Source: Blepharisma stoltei ATCC 30299
Taxonomy: Eukaryota > Protista > Ciliophora
NCBI GenBank assembly: GCA_965603825.1
Contig: CBFDEM010000046.1
Coordinates: 62,001-126,000 of the forward strand
DNA length: 64,000 nt
Reading direction: 5' to 3'
Part shown: piece after piece, positions 34,266 through 46,423 of the stretch
Layout of the letters: every line of letters begins with the position of its first letter
Numbering within the stretch: position 1 is the first letter of the stretch
Translations under genes and position numbers: made by a program
Notes under the pieces: model-generated
Seen by the model: only the letters and a program-made list of their open reading frames with translations
Told to the model about the DNA's origin: nothing
Database searches by the model: none

Positions 34266-37200
34266 ATGACAGACCGTTTACCAGGCAAGTACCTTGAAAG
34301 ACTTCACACAAAGCCTTGATTTCACAGCGGTCATGTCCCTGAAATTAAATACTCCTACAGTGTTTCAGGCCTCACACCGTCTCACTATCCTATTAAACCA
34401 AGATCAAGGCCTCCAGGTGCTTCAGCTGAAAAAGACCCAAGAACTCCTAAAAAAGTTTTTCCAAACGCTGATGACCCAAAACCTCCTATCAATTTTCGTG
34501 AGTTTCGTGAATACTCTTTTCTTAGAGAAAATGAAGTAATTGTAACTATCGAGCATTGTGACAACTGTGAATCACACTTAGAGACAACAAGGCATGACCC
34601 TGCGAAATATTCAAGTTTTGCACAATCTATCAAAGCAGGAGTCTTATCGAGATTCCCAATGGTAAAAGTCCTTATAAAGCCAATCTCAAAATGTGATGAA
34701 AATACAACAAATCAAAGAATGGGAGCTTTTGAGGTGCAAATCTGCAGTAAAATAAAAGGGATTATTAAAAAAGATTCACTTCACTCAAAACTTGCGACTA
34801 GAAAGTGGCCTGATATCAGAGAAGTCATAGGGAAAATGGCAAGTTACTTGCCAACTTGTCAGTTATTTGTGACTATTTATGATTACAGTGACCAAGAAAA
34901 ATTCTTAAAAGGAATCAAAGTAATCGTCAGACCTAAAGCACTCCCGATAGCAATCCCATCAAGATCAAGGCCAAAAAGCGCCAACTTTTCCACCATTCGG
35001 CCTCAATCAGCAGGGGGTGCATCTGTCAGATTTTCCTCAAGAAAAAATTCTCGGCCTACCTCTCACATCAGTTCTAAGCCCAAACCTTCTGAATCTATAT
35101 CCTACGAAAGAACTACAGACCGTGACGGTTCCTGCTTATTTGCCAATATTCCTCTGGACATCTACGAAATTGAGGTGGTCGAAACCAAAGAATTCAAAGG
35201 CGCCACCAAGCTTTTCAATACTTTTGAAGAGCCTTTACAAAATTCTAGCCTAAATGTATATATAGCTGTCCAGTCAAGAGAAATTTCTTCTATAAAAATC
35301 GTGCTAAAAGACCCAGAACTGAGGACAGAAATTGCAGGGGCAATGGTCAGGATTTCTAGAGGGACTGGAGAAATGTACTTTGTGCCAGAAATGAATAGAG
35401 GGGTATATGAGCTATCAATTCCTAAAGGAAATTATGATTTAAGCATCCAAGCAGAAGGGTATCAAGAAATCGTCAAAAGTTTGCAGGCAAATCAGGCTGA
35501 AATTGTGCTGACAGAGCTTATGAGATCGAGAGAAAGCAGAGAAGTCCAGGTCATGACTTATGATGGGCTAAGTGGGGAGCCTTTAGGGTCAGTTTATTTA
35601 GAGCTAAAAATTAATCAAAATAGCTCACCTTTGGAAGGCTTGGCCAAGCAAGGGACTTATACGTATATTCTAGATGAAGTAGGGATATTTACGATATTAG
35701 CTTCAAAACAGGGATATATGGATGCTACAGTCACTCTGAAGGTGGCCACAAAAGGAAATACTATAATTGCAATAGGATTAATCCCAATGCCAAGACCAGA
35801 GCTTTCTTATATAGTATTTTCATGGACTCGCTGCAGCGACGATTTAGAAATTGAGGCTATAGGAGACAATATACTTTTATCTTTGCGGTCACCTAATGGA
35901 AAAGGCTGCCAATTTATTGATATGCTAAAATCTCATGGAATCGCGACTATTTGTCTGACCCCAGAATGTGATAATTTAAGAATTGTCGCCAAATTGCTAT
36001 CAAAAGAGTTGCTAGAAGGAAAAGATAATGATAAGTCGCCATTATTAAGTTCTGGGTTTAGCGTGAATTATTATACAAAGCAGAGACAAGAGTCTAATAT
36101 AATACCAAGCCATGGCAGAGGAGGCTGGTGGGATATTGGAGTTTATATGAAAGAAAAAAGTGATTTTATAGAAACCAATGTAATTTCTGATGAAAAACTT
36201 ACACATTGGGGAGACTTTTTTTCTGCATTTTATGAAATCATAAACTTAGCTCAGAGCTCTGATTCGATACCTGCAGTTTTTGGATTTGACCAAAGTGGAG
36301 TCACAAAGCAGACGGAATATGGAAGAGATAAATTTGTGTCACCTGAAATTGTTAGGAAAATTTTGGCATCAGTGTGCAATGAAGACGAGCTTCAATATGC
36401 AATGAAAAGTTTAATCACACCTAATGGAGTCAGTTTGGCACAGATTAAAAAAAGATATGAAAAAAATAGAAAATTCCAGCTGCAAAAACTGTCAAGATTT
36501 CAATCAATTGATACGTATGCCAGATTTCTAGGGATGGATCCAATTGAAGATAAAGAGTACTATTGGATTGCAGAAGAAGCTTTGCATTCAAATTTGCCTG
36601 AAGGATGGGAAGTTTTAGTTGATAATAAAGGATCAATTAAATATAGACATAGCCCATCTGGACAGATAACCTCAGACCATCCAAATCCTAAGGACGAATT
36701 TTATAGAAATAAATTTTTGGAAGAAAAACAAAAAGCTTCTAAAGAAATAGAAATTAGCAGCAAAGAAATATCAAAAGCTTCAGAAGAAAGGCCAAGTTCT
36801 ATTGAAAGGTCCAGATCTGAAGAAAGAAAATCAAGCCATGAAGAAAAACACTCAAGCAGCAGTGGTGAAGAAGGAGAAGGAAATGTCCAAGAATTCATGG
36901 AGGTTGTTAACAAGCAGTGTAAAGAATTAACTGAGCTCGTAGAAGAAAAAATGAATCAAGCTGTTCAGGCAGGAATTGACATCGATATTGAGACTAAAGG
37001 AGCTTTATTAGAAAAAATTGTAGAATATGCAGAAAATTTAGAAAAATTAAAATCAGAAATTGATGATAAAGAAGCCTTGGATTTTGTGAATAATTGGATT
37101 TTGGCATTTGGAAAAATGCATAGAAGTTTGATGGAGTTTCATGTAGAAGTAAGAGCTGTGGAAGAAAGCAAGGAAGAAGTAAAGAAAGACAAAAAAGACA

Positions 37201-37508
37201 AAAAGGATAAAAAGGATAAAAAAGACAAGAAAGACAAAAAAGATAAAAAAGATAAGAAGGACAAAAACGATAAAAAAGATAAAAAAGACAAAATAGACAA
37301 AAAAGATAAAAAAGAAAAGAAAGAGAAAAAGAAAGAAAAAAAGAAAGATAAGAAGAAGCATAGCAGAAGTTCTAGTAGCTCTAGTAGCTCTAGCAGCTCT
37401 AGTAGTTCAAGTAGCTCAAGCAGCTCTAAATCTAATTCTCCTAAAGAAGAATCTCGATATGAAAATGAGCAGTTTGATGAAAGCTACAATGAAGAGAGAT
37501 CTGTTTAG
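34266..37508 (+). CDS. Multidomain protein: Rdx (SelW/SelT/SelH-like CxxC) + PEGA/carboxypeptidase-regulatory-like repeats + CEP164-type WW + KKD/poly-Ser tail, 1080 aa
   Basis: ATG 34266 in frame with ORF 34659 (one TGA); VTIEHCDNC..RH..KY...RMGAFEV...LHSKL...WPD; GNYDLSIQAEGY; YARFLGMDP..D....WIAEEAL...LPEGW...HP. Confidence 0.75.
37184..37427 (+). repeat. Coding repeats: (KKD)n 9-nt tandem repeat followed by poly-Ser
   Basis: AAAAAAGAY/AAGAARGAY units, then AGC/TCT/AGT run. Confidence 0.8.
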
Positions 37509-37535
37509 CCTAAAGTTATTTAAAACCCTTTTCAA

Positions 37536-40500
37536 TTATAATTTGTTTAAAATATCAATAGTTTCAGTCAGTAAATGCTCTAATACGATATCTCCTAGGT
37601 CCAACTTCAGCTGTGTTTCTTCGAACTCGTAATTAGCCCATATCTGATCTTTTTCTAAAATATCTTCAGCAAGCACAACTCCTAGTTTTTCTTCTCTGTC
37701 TTGCTGCAAAAGTACCTCATCTACCATTCCATTAGACATTACCATATGATCTTTTGGTACTGTGCCAATCCCGGATTGTGAAAAATCAACAATTTTGCTT
37801 GTGATTTCTTTGAAAATATTTTCTATATTAACATCTGGGTACTTTGTGTATCTATTTGTATTGCTCCATGGCATAGGAAAACAGTTTGTTCCATATGGTC
37901 TATAATTTTGTAATAATTCATTTACATTATCAAAAATCATTCGATTATGAATATGCTCTGACTCTGTTATCACATGCAAAATATGAGGCGACAAATTTGC
38001 TCTCGCAGAGATTTCTCCTCTATTTTGTTCAATTCTTATATACATCCCTAAATCTAATATTGACGTATTAGGAATTTTTTCAAGCTCAATAAAAGTCCCT
38101 ATTTCAGTATCCTGCATTTTTGCAAGCATCGCAAGTGGGTTTCTTTTTAATGGACTTTTTAAAGAATTTAAAATATCTCTAGGAGAATTTTTAATTGCAT
38201 TAAAAAGCTCAGCTAAATATTTGCATAATGCTTCATTGTTTATTTGTGTAAGATGCTCAGTTGAGGATGAAATTGACGGTAGAGGCAGGTCAGAGACTTT
38301 TATTAAGTCTAATAAAGGAATAGCTCGGCTTTCTTTATTATGAAAATCTAGTAAATCTTGGAAAACTACTAAATAAATTTCTTCAATGACTTTTTCAATC
38401 ATTATTTGTTCAAAGTTATTATCCTTATCTGGAGATTTTGGAAACCCATTTGCAGGAGTTGTAGGGGTTATATCGTCATCACTGCTGTCATAGCCTTGTA
38501 AAGGAGCACTAGGCCGAACTGGAATTAAATCAGGAGTATTAGTAGGACTGTCAACTTTATCAAATTCAAAACACACAAGTCTTGGAGGTGGCATTGGGCA
38601 TTCTTTAACTAAATTTTTTTCTAATGAATCCTCAGTCTTTATTGGCTTTTCCGGGCTTTGTTTTCGCTTATTTGGGTTAAATGGAGGAATTTCAGGCAAT
38701 AGTGCAAATTTTGGTGGTGTTTTGTATAACGGAGAATCAAAGGTAACAGTAACCACATGCAAATCTTGTGGCTTTCCATCAGGCTTTTTTGGTGTTATTA
38801 TTGCTTCAGGAAATTCAATAGAATCAATATTTTTGCTTTCTGGGCTTTGGATCGGTGACCATTGTTTTGATAAATTGAGCTTTGTTTTGATTGACTTATT
38901 ATTTTCTAAAAATTTAAGTTTTTTCTCTTTCGGCATTTCTACTTGACTAATATTGGCAACTAATTTTGGCCTATCTTCTTCTGGCATCAATATAAAATCT
39001 TTTTCATCTTCATATAAAAAGGCTTCTAATAGCTCATTTTTGGTTTTAGATAATTCTTCATCAAGTTCTTTTTCTAGCTCTTGCTCTTCATTATATGACA
39101 AATCTTCAAGTAGGGCAGATTGAATATCAATAGTAGATTTTTCTAAAATATTTTCAACTTTTAGATATGTGCGGTTTATCACTTCTTTTAAAAGACTTTC
39201 TAAGGATTCAGCATTATAAGTTCTTTGCGTTAATTGTCGTAAAGAAAGAAGCTCTTGCTGACGAAGAGTGTCAAGGATTTCTAAGTTTGTTTCTTGCCAT
39301 ATAAGCTGCTCTTTAAGGACTTTGCGATATTCTGGGTCTTTTTGTTTATTTTCGCAGCTAATTGAAGAGATGTTTTGAATTTCTTTTATTGGAGTGATGC
39401 TTGTTGGCAATTTTTCGTTTTTTATTATTTCTTTTGGCACATCGTCAATAATTTCTATACTTATTTCTTTATCATCTATAACTGCTGCCTTTTCTTCTAT
39501 TATCGGCTTTGATATAATGGTATTTTCACTTATGTCTATAATGAAATTTTCTTTTATTTTTTCTTGTGTTTTTTTATTTATTTCGTCTTCATTTAATTTT
39601 TTATTTTTTCTTGCCAAGTATCCTCTTACGGCTGACTGGATATTGACTAGGGATTTTTGCTCATTTATTAGTTGTTTTTGCATTGATGAATAATTTGTGC
39701 TATTGAATGGAAAATCTGTATCTGTGGTCTGGGATATAGGAGAAATATCTATTTTTATATCAGGAATTATATCACTCAGTTTATTTTCGGTTAAATTTTC
39801 ACTTTTTCTATGGGATTTCTTGGATTTTGACCCTTTTGAGGTCCTATTGCTTTTGCTTTCATATTGACTTATTAGCTCAGATTTCCTAGCACTTGCTAAC
39901 CTTTTGATATTTTCAGCTTTTACCCTTAATAAATCAAGCTCTTTTAGCTCTTTTTTCAGCTCATTTTTACTTTTTATGGTTGATCTAGCTGATTTTGTAA
40001 CATCTGATCGCTTTGATAAGATGATTTCTTGAGTAGAATTCAAGCTTTTGCAATAGCAAATATCATCATTTAGCTTTTCAAGCCGAAATTTTGCTTTATC
40101 AGCAGAATTAGTTCTAGTCTTAGTAGAAATCTCTTTTATTCTTCGCTCTATATCACAGCTGAGCACTCTTCCTGACCCTTTCCAAGCATTTTTTGGCTTG
40201 AATTTTTTTTGCTTGAATTTTAATAAATTATCCATTCTAATTTGGCTGTTTTGGTAACTCAATTCTTCTTTTCTTTTGTCGAAAAAGTCTTTAAGCTCTG
40301 CTTCTTCTTTTTCTTTCTGGATTCTATTTGCTTTCGCCTTTTTAAGAGTTTGGCTTACAAGCTTTTCTACTGTCAGTGGAGGTTTTTTTGATGAGTTTTT
40401 TGGCTTTTTTGGTTTTTTGGAAATTTCTTTTTCAGGCATTGCATTTTGTTCTTTGAAATTTATGGGCTGACTATATGATAAACTTGATTTGTGGCTATTT

Positions 40501-40817
40501 AATTCCTTTTTGACTAGGAAATTGCTTGGCTTTTTCAGCTTTTTAGAAATCGATTGGGAGCCTGATTTATTTTTCAGTGAAACTTTACAATTTTTGCTTG
40601 AATTTCTTGATACTATCTTATTTTTTGGCAAATTTTCTGGTTCTTTCCCAATTGATTTTTCAATTTTTGTTTGTGAAAGAATTTTTCTGCCTGTGATTGA
40701 AACTTTTGGGGTTTGTAAGAATGATTGAATATCATTGCTAATATCAAAAAATAGGCTAGACTCATCTATAAGCGAAGGGTTCTCATCTTTAATCTTCCAA
40801 CTGAACTTATTTGCCAT
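37536..40817 (-). CDS. IQ-motif + C-terminal DUF4378 (CEP350/TRM-like) protein, 1093 aa
   Basis: IQSAVRGYLARK; HIHNRMIFDNVNELL..YRPYG...PMPW; W.NYEFEETQLKLDLGDIVLEHL. Confidence 0.75.
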   Translation of the reverse strand: MANKFSWKIKDENPSLIDESSLFFDISNDIQSFLQTPKVSITGRKILSQTKIEKSIGKEPENLPKNKIVSRNSSKNCKVSLKNKSGSQSISKKLKKPSNFLVKKELNSHKSSLSYSQPINFKEQNAMPEKEISKKPKKPKNSSKKPPLTVEKLVSQTLKKAKANRIQKEKEEAELKDFFDKRKEELSYQNSQIRMDNLLKFKQKKFKPKNAWKGSGRVLSCDIERRIKEISTKTRTNSADKAKFRLEKLNDDICYCKSLNSTQEIILSKRSDVTKSARSTIKSKNELKKELKELDLLRVKAENIKRLASARKSELISQYESKSNRTSKGSKSKKSHRKSENLTENKLSDIIPDIKIDISPISQTTDTDFPFNSTNYSSMQKQLINEQKSLVNIQSAVRGYLARKNKKLNEDEINKKTQEKIKENFIIDISENTIISKPIIEEKAAVIDDKEISIEIIDDVPKEIIKNEKLPTSITPIKEIQNISSISCENKQKDPEYRKVLKEQLIWQETNLEILDTLRQQELLSLRQLTQRTYNAESLESLLKEVINRTYLKVENILEKSTIDIQSALLEDLSYNEEQELEKELDEELSKTKNELLEAFLYEDEKDFILMPEEDRPKLVANISQVEMPKEKKLKFLENNKSIKTKLNLSKQWSPIQSPESKNIDSIEFPEAIITPKKPDGKPQDLHVVTVTFDSPLYKTPPKFALLPEIPPFNPNKRKQSPEKPIKTEDSLEKNLVKECPMPPPRLVCFEFDKVDSPTNTPDLIPVRPSAPLQGYDSSDDDITPTTPANGFPKSPDKDNNFEQIMIEKVIEEIYLVVFQDLLDFHNKESRAIPLLDLIKVSDLPLPSISSSTEHLTQINNEALCKYLAELFNAIKNSPRDILNSLKSPLKRNPLAMLAKMQDTEIGTFIELEKIPNTSILDLGMYIRIEQNRGEISARANLSPHILHVITESEHIHNRMIFDNVNELLQNYRPYGTNCFPMPWSNTNRYTKYPDVNIENIFKEITSKIVDFSQSGIGTVPKDHMVMSNGMVDEVLLQQDREEKLGVVLAEDILEKDQIWANYEFEETQLKLDLGDIVLEHLLTETIDILNKL

Positions 40818-41120
40818 TTAGTTAATTTAACTACCATATTGGCAAATGACAAAAACTAATCCTTCTATGGATTTAAACCTTTTTGGTTTATAATGAATTA
40901 GCTCTAATAAATTAAAAGATTTAATAATAACGCAAAATTTATTATTTTAATATATCATAAAAATATTAATTCAAAAATTAGCATTTTCTATAAATTGAAA
41001 TCATTATTTATAAGTTAAAATATAACTAAAATTGTGTTAGAATAATTATAGCTAGGAGTCATAAGACTCCTCAATAATATAGCTGAGTTAATATATGCTA
41101 AAATTTTACTTAAAACTAAA

Positions 41121-41879
41121 ATGGAATCCAGCTCATCACTCCCACAGCTGCAAAGCAGGTCCTCCCTCTACACTTCTCCTCGTAGCAAGTTACAAACTTC
41201 CCCAAACAGACCAATAACCGGCACAAGCATGATATCAACCAACAGCGTCTTCAGTCAATCCGCTACCACCTTAACCAGAAGCGTAATTCATTGGTCGTTT
41301 TCAAAATCTAAGCGTTTTAATGAATACAAAAATGATACCTCAGATGTTCCCATCCCTAATTTAGGCAGTACACTGTCCCCAAGGGCTACAACCCAAGGTT
41401 TTGGAGGCAGAAGCTCATTTAAACCGGTAGAAAGTCCTCCCCCTAATGCATATGATATAAACTCACATTTATTTTCACGGCCTGGGCCTATTATACATAA
41501 GAGATTAAATTCAGAAGAAGCTGGAAGAGAATCTTGGGATTGCCACGGAGATGTCCCGGGTCCTGGAAAATATGAAATATCTCGAGATTTTTTAGCAAAA
41601 AATAAAGGATTTTTGCTAAAATCAAGATGTGAGCCAATTGATGCAAGAAAAGTTGTCCCTGCTCCGAATCATTATGCACCTAGGCTGAGTTTGACATATA
41701 AAAGCAGGTTTTCCGGAATTTCTTTTGGGTTTGGAGGGAGGTATAACTTTACCCCTAAAGAAGCATCACTGATCCCTGGGCCAGGGACATATGAGCTTCC
41801 TTCAAAATTTAATAAAAAAAATCGTCAAGACAGATCAGGGAAAGACAAAAAAACAACGGACAATTTATTTTTACCTTAG
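41121..41879 (+). CDS. SHIPPO/ODF3-type PGP-repeat protein
   Basis: SPPPNAY, VPGPGKY, VPAPNHY and IPGPGTY repeats. Confidence 0.8.
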   Translation: MESSSSLPQLQSRSSLYTSPRSKLQTSPNRPITGTSMISTNSVFSQSATTLTRSVIHWSFSKSKRFNEYKNDTSDVPIPNLGSTLSPRATTQGFGGRSSFKPVESPPPNAYDINSHLFSRPGPIIHKRLNSEEAGRESWDCHGDVPGPGKYEISRDFLAKNKGFLLKSRCEPIDARKVVPAPNHYAPRLSLTYKSRFSGISFGFGGRYNFTPKEASLIPGPGTYELPSKFNKKNRQDRSGKDKKTTDNLFLP

Positions 41880-41911
41880 TGTATCTATAATTATCTAGTA
41901 AACTTTTAATA

Positions 41912-42682
41912 TTAATTTTTTGGTTTCCCAATTCTGCTCCCAAGCTTTACACAGGTCGCCCTAGTCTTGTTCCCTCTATTAATATTTCCCCCAGCCCCTG
42001 GTAGTTTACTAGTCGGAACTATTGTAGAAGTTCTCGTTGACGATCTGCTTGTATTAAGTATTGACATATCTATACTATCCGTGCTTTGTCACGAGCACAT
42101 AGATACATCTGAGCCCATCCTTGAATGAACCCTCGTACTAAGCGGCGTAGGTGAAGTTTCCTTAAATGATAAATCAAGGACATCGATCCTCGGTAAATTT
42201 ATTTCTGGGACACTTACCGTTTTTTCTTCCGTTTGAGTGCCTTGGTCTATACTTTTGTGGAATTTTTTCAGCAATTCCTCATTTTTTTCTTTTTCTTTTT
42301 CTAATGATTTTTTCACAATTTCGTAATTAATAAGTTGGCTTCGGGCAAGAAATGCTCCAAAATCCGTGGAAGGAAGATTTCCTTTATTGATGATGCTAAG
42401 GAGCTCAAAATTGAGTTCTCGAAGACGGATTCGGTCTTGATTTACAAGATGGAGCAGCGAGAGCATGTCTTTTCATTCTTGGAGAAGCTGATGGTCAAAT
42501 TGTAGGTTGGAAAGTCTGTTGTGTTTTGGCTCTGAATTTAGGTCAGGAATTAAAGGCTGAGGAAGTATTTGTTGAAGTTCTGGAAAGTGCTGTTCTATTG
42601 AGTAGCCAGCAAGAAGGCAGCCAAGCCGTCTTGTGATGGTCTCGTCAATATTTTGTGATATAGAATACACATTTTCGAACAT
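41912..42682 (-). CDS. Hypothetical protein, 256 aa
   Basis: ATG 42682; TGA=Trp at 42473 and 42089; TAA at 41912-41914. Confidence 0.65.
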
Positions 42683-42749
42683 TGCTTTTAAATTAATATT
42701 GAAAATAAATTTCACTAATCTCTGGGCCAATATGTTATAAATTTTCTAT

Positions 42750-43466
42750 ATGTCATTTGGGATAAAATGCAAAAAGTCACAAGTAAAAACTCATATTTTC
42801 AGCAATGATCAGCTTCCTTATCTATTTGAAAACAATTGCAGCTTCAGTGAAAATTTAAAAAATAAGGCTAATCATAATCGCAAGCTCCGATCTCACAGCC
42901 AATTAGAATCTATAGGAATCGCTACAATTGAGAAAAATCATCAGTCAAATTGGTCATTTTCTGAAATTTCACACAACAAGAAAAGGTCATTTGGTAATGG
43001 AGATTTTCCTTATACAATTTTATCATTACTTTCCAAGCACAGGAATTTGCCAGTTGTTAAAAAATTAAGAGCTCAAGCCATATCAGCGTTAACACCTGGG
43101 AGCTTTTTATCAAAACAGATTATCAGGGAACATAATAAGACACCTAAGAGAGAGCCAATGCCTGATATTTTTATGAAAAACCATAAAAATAAATACTTGG
43201 CGAGCAATGTAAGCAGTGTGAGGGTGTCGCCTACTCTTAACGATGAAAAAAATAACAATCTTACAGAAATTTCAGGAAAAATGATAAAAACTTATACAAA
43301 GCAACGAATAAGCAAAAAAATGTTGCTTCCTTCTCTAGAAAATACTCAAAGAATAAGTCCGAGCAAATATGGACGGAAATCTTTTAAGGATATAGAAGTA
43401 AAAAAGGAAATAGATGAAGAAGAAAATTTATCATCTATATATATGACCAATTATGGATTTAACTAA
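42750..43466 (+). CDS. Hypothetical basic protein, 238 aa
   Basis: Complete ATG-TAA ORF, divergent from the 42682 gene. Confidence 0.65.
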   Translation: MSFGIKCKKSQVKTHIFSNDQLPYLFENNCSFSENLKNKANHNRKLRSHSQLESIGIATIEKNHQSNWSFSEISHNKKRSFGNGDFPYTILSLLSKHRNLPVVKKLRAQAISALTPGSFLSKQIIREHNKTPKREPMPDIFMKNHKNKYLASNVSSVRVSPTLNDEKNNNLTEISGKMIKTYTKQRISKKMLLPSLENTQRISPSKYGRKSFKDIEVKKEIDEEENLSSIYMTNYGFN

Positions 43467-43585
43467 TGTAATAAATCAATTGTTTTTTTATTAAATATAG
43501 CAAATATTATTAAATAACTAATAGAAAAAATCAGAAAAAATAGAAAAATTCTTCACTAAAAAAGATAATAATATAAACAGCTATT

Positions 43586-45937
43586 TTAATTATTTTGAAA
43601 TTTAGTATCAATAATTTCTTGAGCTCTTTGTAGTTCCTTATACATTTTTGATGCGTCAAAAAGCGTTTTCGAAACATCTTCAGCAACCCTTGCAAGCGGC
43701 AGACTATTTATTTCTTACTTTTTTTGAAAATAATTGCTTTTATCCTCTTCTTCTTGTGTAGTGTTAACTGCTCTTAATTTTTTGGCTCCTAGTTTTACAA
43801 GCTGATCAGCGAAGTGGAATTTTTCTTTGTCTTCAGCTAATGCAGCAGGGCTTCTTCCTTTACTATCAATAGGGTTTAAATCTGCGCCTAGCTGCACTAA
43901 TAAAGCCCCGATTTCTGTATTTCCAGAAACTGCAGCATAATGTAAAGGCGTTTTCGACCGATTATCGACTCAGTTGACGGACATTCCCATTTCGACTAAT
44001 CGACATATAGAGTGAGATTTTCCTTTTCTGACAGCTTTGTGTATAGCATTTGCGCCTTTTATATCAGACGAATTAATTTTGCAGCCACTAAAAAGTAAAA
44101 ATTCACAAATATCATATCGATCATTGTCACATGCAATTAAAAACGCATCCTCCCCTTTTTTCTGATTATAAATTACATTTCTGAGCTCTAAATTTCCATT
44201 TTTCCTTACAAGTAGCTGTGCAAGCTTTAAATTCCCAATACTCGCTGCATATATAAGTAGCGTCATATCTAATACTTTATCAAAAGAATTTATATCAACA
44301 CCTTCTTTTAGTGCATTTTCTACTGCACTCAGCGGAAATCCTGGCTTTTTTTGTAATAGTCTCCTTATATCTAATTCTTGATGATTTTCTGTATTTTGTG
44401 TTTCAACTTTTTTTTGATGTTCCCCGATAAATTTATTTCTAACAAATTCATCGTCATTTTTTATAAGGGTAGAAATCATGTTGTGTTTTTCTACAGGGTC
44501 TGCGGTGATTCCATTTAAATTCATATTTTTTATATCTTGTGAATATTTTTCAAGAATTGAGCTTTGATAGCTTTTTACAGCCGTCCATTTATTTTTTTGA
44601 AATTTTGTGGAAATTTCTTCTGTATTTGTCTCTACAATAATAATTCGATCTAAAACAGACATCAGCATTTTTACTTCACGAATGTCGTGAAAATTGTCAA
44701 TAAATTGCTTAAATACTTTATTTGCTGACATTGCACTGGCATTGGCTAAATCTTTTCGTTTTACAGTCAAATGAGGAATTGCTTCTCTTGCACCTTTTAA
44801 AAAATCCCAAGCTTTTAAAAACAGCTCATTAGGCCTTTCTATCAAATTATAGCTCAATTTTATTTTTTTGATCATTTTATTGTCTGCATTTCTTGTATTT
44901 TCATCTCTTATTTGTATCGCTTTCATGATCTCCCAAGCCCCATCGACACCAATTTTATTGAAGTTTAAATTGATTTTTGTGAGATTTCCTGTTGTGGTAG
45001 AAATTAAGTCACATAACGCAGGCAAGCATTTATCAGTAAATAAATTTCCTTCTAAATTCAAAATTTCAATGGAGTTGTTTAGTTCAACAATCCTGCATAA
45101 GGTTGGCATAAATCAGTCTTCTAGTTCCATATATTTCATGAGGACAACTTTGGGTGGGGTTTTACTAAACAAGTTTTTTAATAAATATAAACATTTCATT
45201 TTCATAGTCCGATTTGCCTCAATTTTAAATTCACTATTTTCATAATTTTCTTTCATATCTTCAATATCCTTATAAGCTTTTTTCAGTTTTTGGTCCATTC
45301 CCATCATTTTATTCCTTGCGTTCAAATGCAACTTTTCTAAATCTTTATATTTCCTTTCTAATAATTGGTTTGTGGTATAAATTTCGCTGAGCTTTTTGCT
45401 TGATTCTAAGTTAGCGTCAAGCGCCCTTAGCCTTCACTCATTTGTAGACTCAATCCTTTCTTTCATATAATTCGATTTTTTCAAAATTTTCTTTAAATGT
45501 GCATTGGCTTCATCCAATTGGTCTTTCAATGATTTATTTTCTCTTTCTAAATCATAAATTAATGCGTTTTTTTCTTTAATAGTATTCTCAAGTCTGCATT
45601 ATAAATACCTTTCAACAATTTTAAGCTGGTCATTTGATCAAAATTCGTTTTCAGTCTGATTATAAATTACCATAAAGGTTTTATTGGGAGACTCTATATA
45701 GGAGCTTTGTTCTTGTAGAGAACTATAGGATTTTGATTTGCTTTTAAGGGGAGAAGTAAGCGATGAGGAATGATGAAGATCTTTTATTTTGAGATTTTTT
45801 GGGATCGGAGGTTTATAATGGGAAAATGAAGTATTTGGAAGAACTTGCGTTTGGTCTGCAAATGATACACGGGGATGCAAACTAGTTAAGGTTTGTGGGC
45901 GTTTTGGACTAAGTGAATATGGGTGTTGGCTAGTCAT
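43586..45937 (-). CDS. Coiled-coil + LRR + ankyrin-repeat protein, ~763 aa; four 15-nt introns and four TGA=Trp
   Basis: LNLEGNLF and INLNFNKIG LRRs; TLLIYAA..GN, GANAIHKA and KTPLHYAA ankyrins; introns 45656-45670, 45594-45608, 44162-44176, 43704-43718. Confidence 0.8.
43704..43718 (-). other. 15-nt intron GTAAGAAATAAATAG
   Basis: Contains the in-frame TAA; removal extends the ORF to TAA at 43586. Confidence 0.8.
44162..44176 (-). other. 15-nt stop-free intron GTAATTTATAATCAG
   Basis: Removal restores ankyrin spacing LELRN|KKGEDAFLIAC. Confidence 0.75.
45594..45608 (-). other. 15-nt intron GTATTTATAATGCAG
   Basis: Contains an in-frame TAA; removal gives IVERLENTI. Confidence 0.85.
45656..45670 (-). 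other. Probable 15-nt stop-free intron GTAATTTATAATCAG (identical to 44162-44176)
   Basis: Matches the intron consensus including A at position 10. Confidence 0.6.
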
Positions 45938-46423
45938 GATTTTTTATTTATAACATTTTAAGAAAATACATTTTATTTCTATAACTAAAATGAGCTTAAA
46001 GGCAGACTGCTTAATTTTATAAAATGTTTTTCCTTGCAGTGTCTTGTTTTACCATTATATAATGCTTTAGATCCTGAGCACTAAATATTACTTGACAATA
46101 CGATAGATAGCAAACAGCTTCCTTAGTTAGTTTTGGTCTTATGTACCCCAAGAAATATGATTTCCTCAAGTCATAACTAATAAACTTATAACTTTTTGCT
46201 CCTATTAAATAATATTAGTCACTATTTACAAATATATATATCAAAATAGTCTAATATTCAAAGAAATCTCAATTTATTATATACGGTTTGGCAATATATA
46301 TTATCAATTTTACGTAACAAAAAAATTTGTATATAGAAATCTGAATTGGCAAGTCTTCCAGTACCAATTGACTTTGAAAAATAAACCGTCTTAAATAATT
46401 ATGCAAAAGTATAATAATAGAAT

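Noticed and set aside
34317-34319. TGA as selenocysteine in the Rdx-domain gene
   Set aside because: It lies outside the CxxC motif (KP[W]FH), the motif uses TGT codons, and I saw no SECIS
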